A stretch of DNA of 60,467 bases. Source: Dehalococcoidia bacterium. Lineage in GTDB: Bacteria; Chloroflexota; Dehalococcoidia; GIF9; JBFMDU01. Under the pieces are notes generated by a model. That model was not told the DNA's origin, searched no databases, and saw only the letters and a list, made by a program, of their open reading frames with translations. The stretch covers positions 1-60,467 of the forward strand of contig DAOUCU010000096.1 in NCBI GenBank assembly GCA_034431935.1, in the 5' to 3' direction. Positions 8,609 through 16,880 of the stretch are shown one piece after another. The translations under genes and the position numbers were made by a program. The stretch's first letter is position 1. The number at the start of each line of letters is the position of its first letter.

Positions 8609-9565
8609 TTATGGGCCACCCTGCTGGAATGTTTTGGGTGGAGTGGGGCAGGTCTTTTTCGCCGAACACTCGGTCGGACAGGAACCGTCGGCATTGAGTT
8701 CACAGGGCTCGCAATGGATAATAACCTGGCTGTTTGGCAGGCGTCTGCTGATATCCTGCTCGATGAGGTCACATGTCCGGTGTGCTTCTTCTACGGTGAC
8801 TGATTTGGGGAAGACAATGTGCATGTCAATGAAGCGTTGATATCCGGACTTGCGGGTCCTGAGTTCATGGAAGCCGACGATTTGGCTGGTGTGGGCGGTG
8901 ATACAGGCGTTGATGGCTTTGAGCTCATGCTTGGGCAGGCGGGTGTCGAGCAGGGGGCGAAATGATTTGCGAGTGATGCCCCAGGCGGCCTTAACGATGA
9001 GTGCGGCTACACCAATGGCGATGAGCGGGTCTAGGATATGCCAGCCGGTCAGCCATACTGCTATCAGGCCGGCCATCACGCCGGCTGAGGTATAGACATC
9101 GGTAGTGAGATGCCAGGCATCAGCTTCAAGCGCCACAGAATCGGTCCGCCTGGCTACCCGGTGAAGATGCCGCGAGACGATGAAGTTGAATATCGCTGAC
9201 ACACTCATGATAGCAATGCCCAGGCCTAACAATTCAACTTCGGGAACGTGGATAATCTTCTCAATTGCCTCATAGATTATGAAGCCGGCGGCGCCGAAGA
9301 TGAGAATCCCCTCAACGGTGCCGGAGACATTCTCGACCTTGCCGTGGCCGAAATTGTGGGTGGAGTCGGCTGGCTTGGCCGCGACGCGGATACTGAAGAA
9401 GGCAATCAGAGCGGCAAGAAGGTCGACAGCGCTGTGGATTGCTTCAGCCATGACACTTACGCTTCCCATGGCAATGCCGATGACCAGTTTGAAAACAACC
9501 AGCAGGCTGTTCGAAAGAATAGACAGCCCGGCGGCACTGGTCTTGGTTGAAAATGGCTTCAACAT
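8609..9565 (-). CDS. Cation diffusion facilitator (CDF) family divalent-metal efflux transporter
   Basis: 318 aa. Six-TM N-terminal domain with HSAVDLL and HLTTDVYTS metal-site motifs, then a cytoplasmic C-terminal domain (HELRTRKSGYQRFIDMHI). Cys-rich tail. Confidence 0.85.
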   Translation of the reverse strand: MLKPFSTKTSAAGLSILSNSLLVVFKLVIGIAMGSVSVMAEAIHSAVDLLAALIAFFSIRVAAKPADSTHNFGHGKVENVSGTVEGILIFGAAGFIIYEAIEKIIHVPEVELLGLGIAIMSVSAIFNFIVSRHLHRVARRTDSVALEADAWHLTTDVYTSAGVMAGLIAVWLTGWHILDPLIAIGVAALIVKAAWGITRKSFRPLLDTRLPKHELKAINACITAHTSQIVGFHELRTRKSGYQRFIDMHIVFPKSVTVEEAHRTCDLIEQDISRRLPNSQVIIHCEPCELNADGSCPTECSAKKTCPTPPKTFQQGGP

Positions 9566-9684
9566 CTACTTAGAACCCGTTCTCGCCCGCATAATAACAC
9601 AACACCGTGATAGACTACCTGAATCATAATACGTAACGTCAGTACCCATTTTGGTCTAATGTTACCGGCGGGTAGATGCAGGAT

Positions 9685-9713
9685 TTGACAAGCAGGAAGC
9701 AGAATTCTACTAT
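9685..9713 (+). promoter_or_regulatory. Sigma-70-like promoter candidate for the response regulator / kinase operon
   Basis: TTGACA (9685..9690), a 17-nt spacer, then TACTAT (9708..9713). About 75 nt upstream of the TTG start at 9790. Confidence 0.5.
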
Positions 9714-9789
9714 TCTGATTCGGCGTGGTCAGGCTGTCCGGCTTATCATGCCAACCCGTTCCCCATTTTACCACGTGAGGCTGTAGGCG

Positions 9790-10494
9790 TTGAAGCAGAG
9801 TTTCCGAAGCGGCATCAGTCCGTCAGCCGGTGAGCCGTCGAGGAAGATACGCATATTGATTGCCGACGACCATCCGGCGTTCCGTGACGGTTTATGCCGG
9901 TTGCTTGAGGATGAGTCCGATATTCAAGTGGTCGCCCGCGCCGCCGACGGGGAAGAGGCAATCAGGTTGGTCAAAGAGCTTTCCCCCGAGTTAGCGGTGG
10001 TTGACGTCGCAATGCCGAAGCTTAATGGCATAGAGGTGACCAAACAAATCAGGGCCTGTTATCCCGGGACACAGGTCTTGATTGTCAGCGCCCATAATAT
10101 TGAAGCCTACATGCTGGCCGCGTTGAGGTCGGGAGCCGCGGGGTATCTGCTCAAGACTGCGCCGCTTGCAGAAATTGTTAATGCCATAAGGCTGGTCCAC
10201 TCTGGCGGTGGTGTCTTTGACCTTAAAGCTGGAAGCCGCATGATGAGTCGGCTTGCCAGTCAAAAGGGAGAAGGCCGTTCCGGCCAGACGCTTCATGCCA
10301 GGGAGCTTGAGGTACTGAAGCTTGTAGCTAAGGGTATGGGTAATAAAGAAGTCGCCAGGAACCTGGTGATCAGCGAGCGGACAGTACACACTCATCTGAT
10401 TAACATCTTCCGTAAGCTGAACGTTGGCTCACGCACTGAGGCCGTCCTTTACGCTCTCAGGGAGGGGTGGCTGGCACTGGAAGACCTGCCCTGA
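9790..10494 (+). CDS. NarL/FixJ-family response regulator (REC + LuxR-type HTH)
   Basis: RILIADDHPAFRDGL, acceptor region VVDVAMPKLNG, and C-terminal LHARELEVLKLVAKGMGNKEVARNLVISERTVHTHLINIFRKL. Confidence 0.85.
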   Translation: MKQSFRSGISPSAGEPSRKIRILIADDHPAFRDGLCRLLEDESDIQVVARAADGEEAIRLVKELSPELAVVDVAMPKLNGIEVTKQIRACYPGTQVLIVSAHNIEAYMLAALRSGAAGYLLKTAPLAEIVNAIRLVHSGGGVFDLKAGSRMMSRLASQKGEGRSGQTLHARELEVLKLVAKGMGNKEVARNLVISERTVHTHLINIFRKLNVGSRTEAVLYALREGWLALEDLP

Positions 10495-10506
10495 TCGGGT
10501 GTTCTA

Positions 10507-12471
10507 ATGGCTGACCGCGGGCAGATATTCGAAATGCGTCGGGCGTCGCATCGCCTCCTGAGGATAACGAGTGTTCACTCCAGCATGCACCCGCTGCTGC
10601 AGGCTTTTCTCAAGGAGACGCTGAAGTCGTTCAAGTTTGGAGCCGGCGGCATTAGACTACGTGACGACTCAGGGATTATGCCGTTCGCAGTTTATGAAGG
10701 TTTTAATCAACGTTTTCTTGATTGCGAGGCGGTTCTCTCACTGCGCTCTCATCGGAGCATGTGCCTACGTGTGATGGACAAGGCTGTCGACATCGGCCCG
10801 TCGAACTTTACCAAAGGAGGTACTTTTTATGCCGGAAGTATAAGCCGTTTTCTGGGCCGTCTTTCTGAAACGGATAGGCGAAAGTTGTGCAAACTATGCG
10901 GTCAGTTCGGGTACGAGTCAATCCTGCTGGCGCCGATCCAGCTCGGGCACCGCAACATCGGGTTACTCCATCTGACGAGCAATAACCGGGACTTGCTTTC
11001 ACGGCATGCCCTTGATGTTATTGACAGGGCTGTGATACAGCTCGGTACAGCTATCCAGCGAGTCAGAGCTGAGGAAGCGTTGCGGGAATCCGAAGCGCGC
11101 TACCGCGACCTGTTCGACAACGCCAGCGATGCAATCATTGTTCGCGATCTCAAAGGGAACATCATTGAGGTAAACCGCGCCGCGGTCGCACTCACCGGCT
11201 ACCAGGTCGAGGAGCTTCTGCAAACTAATATCTTTCAACTGTTGACGCCAATAGGCTTTCAAATCACCATGGCCAAGCAGAAATCTCTGCTCTTCGACGG
11301 GGTTCCCACGGAACGATTCGAATTGGAGCTTGTCCGTAAGGACGGGACCAGGGCGGTGATAGAGTCGGTCACCCGGCTCATTACTAAGGACGACCAACCT
11401 GTGGCCATCGAAGCGATGGTGCGCGATATTACCCAGCGCAAACGTATGGAGCTTGATCTTGCGGAGAGCGAGAAAAACTTCCGAGCGCTGGCTGAGCACT
11501 CAAGTGACGGTATTCTGGTGATGACGTTCAAGGGCCGCTATATCTACGCCAACCGGGCGGCGGCGGAGATTACCGGCTATCGTGTCGCCGAGCTGCTTAA
11601 GATGCATGTCAAAACGCTGACACATCCCGGGGAGCACCATAAAATAATCGAAAGAGCCAGACGCCGGCGCGAAGGCAAGCCGATAGAAAGACAATTTGAA
11701 ACCGTCTTCGTGCGTAAGGATGGCAAGAGTCTGCCGGTAGAGCTGGCGCTGACTAGGACGGTATGGTACGGCCAGCCGTCGGTAATCGTCATTTTCCGGG
11801 ATATTGTTGAGCGCAAGCGGCTGAGAAACTATGTCACTGAGGTTGTCAAGGCACAGGAGGAAGAGCGCAAGCGTATCGCTCGGGAACTGCATGATGAGAC
11901 CATTCAGTCACTGGCGGCTCTATCGCTCGATATTCAGGCCGCGACCAGAATCAGACCGCGGCCTCCCGAGGCAATTCTGCATCGTCTTGATGATTTGCGC
12001 CGCCGAACTAATGCAATTATTGACGGCGTAAGGCGCTTCAGCTATGAACTGAGGCCGGACGTGCTGGACCAGCTAGGACTGATTGCGGCGCTTGAGGTGT
12101 TGACTAATGACCTGAGGAAGGATGCCGGCATCCGGGCGCATGTGGAGGTTATCGGTGTAGAGAGACGTCTTGCCCCCGACCTCGAGGTGGCCCTGTTCCG
12201 GATTGTCCAAGAGGCTTTGCAGAACGTCAGGAAGCATTCTATGGCCACCAACGTAGTGGTGACCGTCGTCTTCGAGATGGATTCGGTAAGGCTGGAAGTG
12301 ACCGATAACGGCCAAGGATTTGAGGTCGTTGATAGTCTCAGCGAACTGGCGGCACACGGCAAGTTCGGGCTGGTTGGTATGGAGGAGAGGGTCAGGCTGT
12401 TCGACGGCAGGCTCAAGATACAGTCGCAGCCAAGCAAGGGTACGACCATATCGGCTGAAGTCGCAGGGTAG
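10507..12471 (+). CDS. Sensor histidine kinase: GAF-like N-terminus, two PAS domains, HisKA_3 dimerisation domain and HATPase
   Basis: 654 aa. Two PAS-like repeats (RYRDLFDNASDAIIVRDLKGNIIEVN..., FRALAEHSSDGILVMTFKGRYIYAN...). H-box ARELHDETIQSLAAL. ATPase boxes EALQNVRKHS, DNGQGF and GLVGMEERV. Confidence 0.85.
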   Translation: MADRGQIFEMRRASHRLLRITSVHSSMHPLLQAFLKETLKSFKFGAGGIRLRDDSGIMPFAVYEGFNQRFLDCEAVLSLRSHRSMCLRVMDKAVDIGPSNFTKGGTFYAGSISRFLGRLSETDRRKLCKLCGQFGYESILLAPIQLGHRNIGLLHLTSNNRDLLSRHALDVIDRAVIQLGTAIQRVRAEEALRESEARYRDLFDNASDAIIVRDLKGNIIEVNRAAVALTGYQVEELLQTNIFQLLTPIGFQITMAKQKSLLFDGVPTERFELELVRKDGTRAVIESVTRLITKDDQPVAIEAMVRDITQRKRMELDLAESEKNFRALAEHSSDGILVMTFKGRYIYANRAAAEITGYRVAELLKMHVKTLTHPGEHHKIIERARRRREGKPIERQFETVFVRKDGKSLPVELALTRTVWYGQPSVIVIFRDIVERKRLRNYVTEVVKAQEEERKRIARELHDETIQSLAALSLDIQAATRIRPRPPEAILHRLDDLRRRTNAIIDGVRRFSYELRPDVLDQLGLIAALEVLTNDLRKDAGIRAHVEVIGVERRLAPDLEVALFRIVQEALQNVRKHSMATNVVVTVVFEMDSVRLEVTDNGQGFEVVDSLSELAAHGKFGLVGMEERVRLFDGRLKIQSQPSKGTTISAEVAG

Positions 12472-12546
12472 CGGGGTCCAGTATCAGCCTGATGACAGGG
12501 GGCTGCCATTTTCGGCGTGTAAGACAGTGCGTCCGATTTGTGGAGT

Positions 12547-12572
12547 CGAAATCGACGGAATAGTCGATTTCG
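12547..12572. promoter_or_regulatory. Perfect 10-bp inverted repeat in the kinase-hemE intergenic region (operator or RNA hairpin candidate)
   Basis: CGAAATCGAC (12547..12556), 6 nt, GTCGATTTCG (12563..12572). A TATAAT hexamer follows at 12592..12597. No clear U-tract. Confidence 0.3.
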
Positions 12573-12722
12573 CGCCGTTTGGATAATAGACTATAATATT
12601 TACTGGAATCCTGCCTCGTCCTCGCAGTTCGTGCTCTTATGGTCGGCACTTGCCGGGCTCGGTTTCCCTGCCGATGCACTGTGTGACGCGGCTGGTGCAA
12701 ATATCCCGCCATCGGAGGAACG

Positions 12723-13763
12723 GTGAACGATACGATCCTGCGGGCCTGCCTCGGCGAAGAAGTGCCTTATACCCCGGTCTGGATACTGAGGCAGTCAGGG
12801 AGACATCTTCCGCAGTTCCGTAGACTGCTCAAGAAGTGGGGTTTTCTCAACCTTTGCAAGAAGCCTGAACTCATTGCCGAGGTCACCATGCTCCCGGTTG
12901 ACCTGCTTGGAGTGGATGCGGCTCAGGCTTTTTCTGACATACTGACCGCAGTCGAGCCTATGGGAATGGAGCTCGATTATTCCACCGAGGCGGTACCACG
13001 CTTCAAGAATCCGGTCAGAACCCAGCTGGATATTGACCACCTTGTCGTGCCCAGCGCCGAAGATGAGCTGAAGTACCGGATGGAGGCCATTAAAATACTT
13101 CGCCGTGAGCTCAGGGATAGGGTGCCTCTGCTCGGTTTCGCCGGCGGCCCGTTTACCGTAGCCGCATATATGATAGAGGGTGGCCCTTCAAGTCGTTTTA
13201 TCAACACCAAGCGTATGATGTTCCAGGGACCTGATCTGTTCCATCGCCTGATGCGGAAGGTGACATCTCTAACGGGCGACTACCTGCGCGCTCAGGTACG
13301 TGCCGGAGCCCAGGCAGTGACGGTTTTTGATACCTGGGCCGGAATGCTGTCCGAGCGCGATTTCGTCGAGTACGCTCTGCCGTACGTTCGGAGTATCGTC
13401 AGGACTGTATCCGTGGAGAAAGCGCCGGTTATGTATTTCACTAACGGGTGCGCTCATCTTATTGACCAGATACGCGAGTCCGGCGTCGATGTGCTGGGTA
13501 TAGACTGGCGGGTAAGCCTTGCTCAGGTTATTGCCAGGCTGGGTGGGAGAATGTCAGTTCAGGGCAATCTTGACCCTTTCGCTCTATTCCTGCCGGTTCG
13601 AAAGCTCGAAGAGCGTGTCAAGGAAATACTCGATGCCGGACGGAAGGCGAGAGGCCATATTTTTAACCTCGGCGATGGTATCTTTCCCGAGGTGCCGCTG
13701 GATAACGTGTTGGCAATGGTGGAAGCCGTCCATCGCCTGAGCCGGCGCCAGGCAATTCCATAA
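12723..13763 (+). CDS. hemE: Uroporphyrinogen decarboxylase paralogue 1
   Basis: 346 aa, GTG start. MNDTILRACLGEEVPYTPVWILRQSGRHLPQF..., FSDIL, GFAGGPFT and FNLGDGI blocks are colinear with classical HemE. Confidence 0.8.
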   Translation: MNDTILRACLGEEVPYTPVWILRQSGRHLPQFRRLLKKWGFLNLCKKPELIAEVTMLPVDLLGVDAAQAFSDILTAVEPMGMELDYSTEAVPRFKNPVRTQLDIDHLVVPSAEDELKYRMEAIKILRRELRDRVPLLGFAGGPFTVAAYMIEGGPSSRFINTKRMMFQGPDLFHRLMRKVTSLTGDYLRAQVRAGAQAVTVFDTWAGMLSERDFVEYALPYVRSIVRTVSVEKAPVMYFTNGCAHLIDQIRESGVDVLGIDWRVSLAQVIARLGGRMSVQGNLDPFALFLPVRKLEERVKEILDAGRKARGHIFNLGDGIFPEVPLDNVLAMVEAVHRLSRRQAIP

Positions 13764-13776
13764 TCAAGGAGATAAG

Positions 13777-14808
13777 ATGAACGACACTTTCCTGAAAGCA
13801 TGCCGCGGGGAGAAGGTACCTTACACTCCGGTCTGGATAATGAGGCAGGCCGGTCGGTTTCTGGCTGAGTACCGGAGGATACAGAAAAGAGCTGATTTTA
13901 TGACCATGTGCAAGACTCCGGAACTTGCGGCCGAGGTGACGCTACTGCCGGTAAATCTGCTGGGAGTCGATGCCGCGATATTCTTCTCGGATATTCTGAC
14001 CACGGTCGAGCCAATGGGTATGGAACTGAAGTTTTTTCCTGATAAAGGTCCATTGTTCGTGAATCCGATACGAACGGTGGCAGATATTGACCGGCTGGTG
14101 GTGTTCGACCCTGAAGACAAACTCGCCTTTGTCCCGCAGGCGGTGAAGATACTGGTGAAAGAACTCAAGAACAAGGTGCCGCTGATAGGGTTTGCCGGGG
14201 CGCCGTTCACTATGGCCGCGTTTATGGTCGAAGGCGCAGGTTCACCGAGGTACTTGATAACCAAGCGAATGTTGTTTGAAGAGCCAAAGGCATTCCACAA
14301 ATTGCTGGATAAGATAAGCAGGCTGACGACGGCATATATGAAGTCGCAAATAAACGCCGGGGCGTCGGCGGTAATGCTTTTCGACACCTGCGCCGGACAA
14401 CTCGGTCCGGCCGACTACACCGAGTTCAACCTGCCCTACGTTCAGAAGATAGTCAAGGCCTTGAAACCAACAGGCGTACCGGTAATTTACTACGCTAACG
14501 GATGCGGTGGCTTAGCGGAACTGGTTGGCAAATCAGGCGCCGATGTTATTGGTGTTGACTGGCGCATCTCTCTGGACCAGGCGGTTAAACGCCTCGGTAA
14601 GGGTATTTCGGTTCAGGGCAATCTTGAGCCGCAGGTGCTATTTGCCAGTAAAAAGAAGATTGAAGAGCGAGTTAAAGATGTCCTCGATGGTGGGTCCAGA
14701 GCCAGGGGTCATATTTTTAACCTTGGCGATGGCATACTGCCGGACACTCCGGTAGAGAACGTCAGGTTCTTAATCGATGCAGTCCATCGTCTCAGCCGGC
14801 GGAGGTAA
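13777..14808 (+). CDS. hemE: Uroporphyrinogen decarboxylase paralogue 2
   Basis: 343 aa. MNDTFLKACRGEKVPYTPVWIMRQAGRFLAEYRR is the canonical HemE N-terminus. FSDILT, GFAGAPFT and FNLGDGI present. Starts 13 nt after paralogue 1. Confidence 0.85.
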   Translation: MNDTFLKACRGEKVPYTPVWIMRQAGRFLAEYRRIQKRADFMTMCKTPELAAEVTLLPVNLLGVDAAIFFSDILTTVEPMGMELKFFPDKGPLFVNPIRTVADIDRLVVFDPEDKLAFVPQAVKILVKELKNKVPLIGFAGAPFTMAAFMVEGAGSPRYLITKRMLFEEPKAFHKLLDKISRLTTAYMKSQINAGASAVMLFDTCAGQLGPADYTEFNLPYVQKIVKALKPTGVPVIYYANGCGGLAELVGKSGADVIGVDWRISLDQAVKRLGKGISVQGNLEPQVLFASKKKIEERVKDVLDGGSRARGHIFNLGDGILPDTPVENVRFLIDAVHRLSRRR

Positions 14809-14842
14809 TCCGGGATAGGGTCGGGACGAGTATTACTCAGTA

Positions 14843-16072
14843 ATGACAATCAAAAAAATTTTCCCCATCATCGGGCTGGCCACCTTCGCCAGCATGCTGG
14901 GGATTGGAATAGTCGCGCCATTCATACCGCTGTATGCCAGGAGCCTTGGCGCCAGCGGGTTCATGATTGGCGTCGTCCTTGCCGGGTATTCTATCTCGAA
15001 AGCCGTGGTTATGCCGTTTATCGGGAATTATTCCGACCGTAAGGGCCGGAAGCTCTTTTTGATGGTGGGCCTGGGTTGCTACGCTCTGCTTTCTCTCGCC
15101 TATATTTGGGGGACTAATGTTTACCTGCTGGCTTTGATTCGCATTGTGCATGGTATGGCTGGCGGCATGGTCCTTCCGGTTGCCCGGGCGTGGATAGGTG
15201 ATGTTACGCCGGGAGGTGAAGAGGGGACCTGGCAGGGCTACTTCAATACGGTCTGGTTTGGTGGCATGGGATTCGGGCCTGTCATGGGTGGCATATTGAA
15301 CGATCACTTCGGCATGTCGGCCGCTTTTATCGCCATGGGGGGATTAAGCCTGTTGGCGTTTATTGGTGTTGTCGTATTCCTCCCTGAAGTGCAGCAATTG
15401 AAGTCCAGACAGCGTCCGAAGGTGTCATTTAAGAAGATGGGGGCCAGCGGTGTCTTTCGCGGCGTTTTTAGCCTTAAGGTGCTGGAGAGTATCGGACGGC
15501 GCAGTTTCTTCGCCTTTCTGCCTATCTTTGCTGGTGTCTATCTCGGTCTCAGTACCACTCAGATAGGACTTCTGATTACAGCAGACACCGTTGTCACCTC
15601 GCTTCTCCAGGCGCCGGCAGGTAAACTGAGCGATATAATCAACAGGCGAGCGCTTATTGTCATAGCCAGTTTCCTTGGTGGGTTATACATGGCTCTGACA
15701 CCCATGACAACTAATTTTTGGTGGTTGCTGAGCGTCATCGTAATCGCTGGCCTCAGGGCGGCGATAACCTCCGGGGGAACATCAGCGCTGATGGTCGAAG
15801 AAGGGCGCAAGTTTGGAATGGGCTCGACTATGGCGATGTTATCCATGGCGATATCCATCGGTGAGGGTATTGGGCCGCTGTTCGGTGGGGTTGTTGTCGA
15901 CCAGATTGGTGTTACCGGTAATTTCTATGTGTCCGCCGGGATGATGGTGCTGGCCGGAGCTATTTTTTTGTGGTTTACCCGCTCGAAGAAGCACGCTGTT
16001 CCGGCGGAAGCTGGCGCGATGGGAAAAGGAGGGCCGAAATCTGTTGTTATCGGGGAGGAGGATGTAGGCTAG
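14843..16072 (+). CDS. MFS transporter
   Basis: 409 aa, about 12 predicted TM segments. MFS loop motif GNYSDRKGRK between TM2 and TM3. Confidence 0.8.
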   Translation: MTIKKIFPIIGLATFASMLGIGIVAPFIPLYARSLGASGFMIGVVLAGYSISKAVVMPFIGNYSDRKGRKLFLMVGLGCYALLSLAYIWGTNVYLLALIRIVHGMAGGMVLPVARAWIGDVTPGGEEGTWQGYFNTVWFGGMGFGPVMGGILNDHFGMSAAFIAMGGLSLLAFIGVVVFLPEVQQLKSRQRPKVSFKKMGASGVFRGVFSLKVLESIGRRSFFAFLPIFAGVYLGLSTTQIGLLITADTVVTSLLQAPAGKLSDIINRRALIVIASFLGGLYMALTPMTTNFWWLLSVIVIAGLRAAITSGGTSALMVEEGRKFGMGSTMAMLSMAISIGEGIGPLFGGVVVDQIGVTGNFYVSAGMMVLAGAIFLWFTRSKKHAVPAEAGAMGKGGPKSVVIGEEDVG

Positions 16073-16079
16073 CCCTGAG

Positions 16080-16862
16080 CTACTTTAACCTCGCCAGTGT
16101 CCAGTCGATAGATTCTGCCCAGATGTTCATGACTGCCTGGTTACTGCCCAGACCGCCCTCCGCACTTGCGGGCAGGCCGAGCTGGCTCTTATAGGTATTG
16201 GGGCCGTCGCCCATAATATCTCTGGTGATGTGTTCGCCGGATACAATCAGCATCGGGATGAACTTCACTCTCTTGAAGCCGGACTTCTTGATCTGGGCAA
16301 AGGCCGCTTCCGTTCCCGGCGGGCCTTCAAGAGTTACCAGAAAAACTCCCCGGTAGTGCTTGCGCACGTACTTTTCCATAAGCAGAAGCTGGGCATTGTA
16401 GCCCGGATGCTTAGCGTTGCCATGACTGCATAGTACCGTAGCCGTTTCACTATCACCGAATTTCGGCTCAAGTGCGCGAGCGACTCTTTCGATGTTGTCC
16501 GGGGGGGCCAGAAGTGGATAGCCGTACTCGATGTCCAGTCCCTCGGCAGGTGTAGTGAGGGCATCGCTGTACTCGCTTCCCGTCATGACCAGCAAGCTCT
16601 GGACTGAGGCCTTTGATACCCCTTCACGGCGGAGGTCGTCGTAGACTTCTTCCAGATTCTGTACCGGGACTTTTCGCTCGAACATTGTGTTGCGGCCGGA
16701 CTCTCTCAGCTTCTTAAGAATGAATTCTGAGGTAAGGGCCCACCTGACGTCGTGGGCCGGGTAGCGTTGGCGGACCAAAGTGTCAACGTCTTCGAGGTTC
16801 TTCTGACCTTCGGGTGAGGTGCTGCCGAAGATGGTGATAACGATGACCGGGGGTTTGTTCAT
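16080..16862 (-). CDS. cbiK: Sirohydrochlorin cobaltochelatase, CbiK type (class II chelatase)
   Basis: 260 aa. Colinear with CbiK: VIVITIFGSTSPEG..., CSHGNAKHPG (His site), VTLEG, and IPMLIVSGEHITRDIMGD (second His site). Starts 18 nt after the upstream TAXI-like gene. Confidence 0.8.
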   Translation of the reverse strand: MNKPPVIVITIFGSTSPEGQKNLEDVDTLVRQRYPAHDVRWALTSEFILKKLRESGRNTMFERKVPVQNLEEVYDDLRREGVSKASVQSLLVMTGSEYSDALTTPAEGLDIEYGYPLLAPPDNIERVARALEPKFGDSETATVLCSHGNAKHPGYNAQLLLMEKYVRKHYRGVFLVTLEGPPGTEAAFAQIKKSGFKRVKFIPMLIVSGEHITRDIMGDGPNTYKSQLGLPASAEGGLGSNQAVMNIWAESIDWTLARLK

Positions 16863-16880
16863 TGTTGATTGGCTCCCTTG

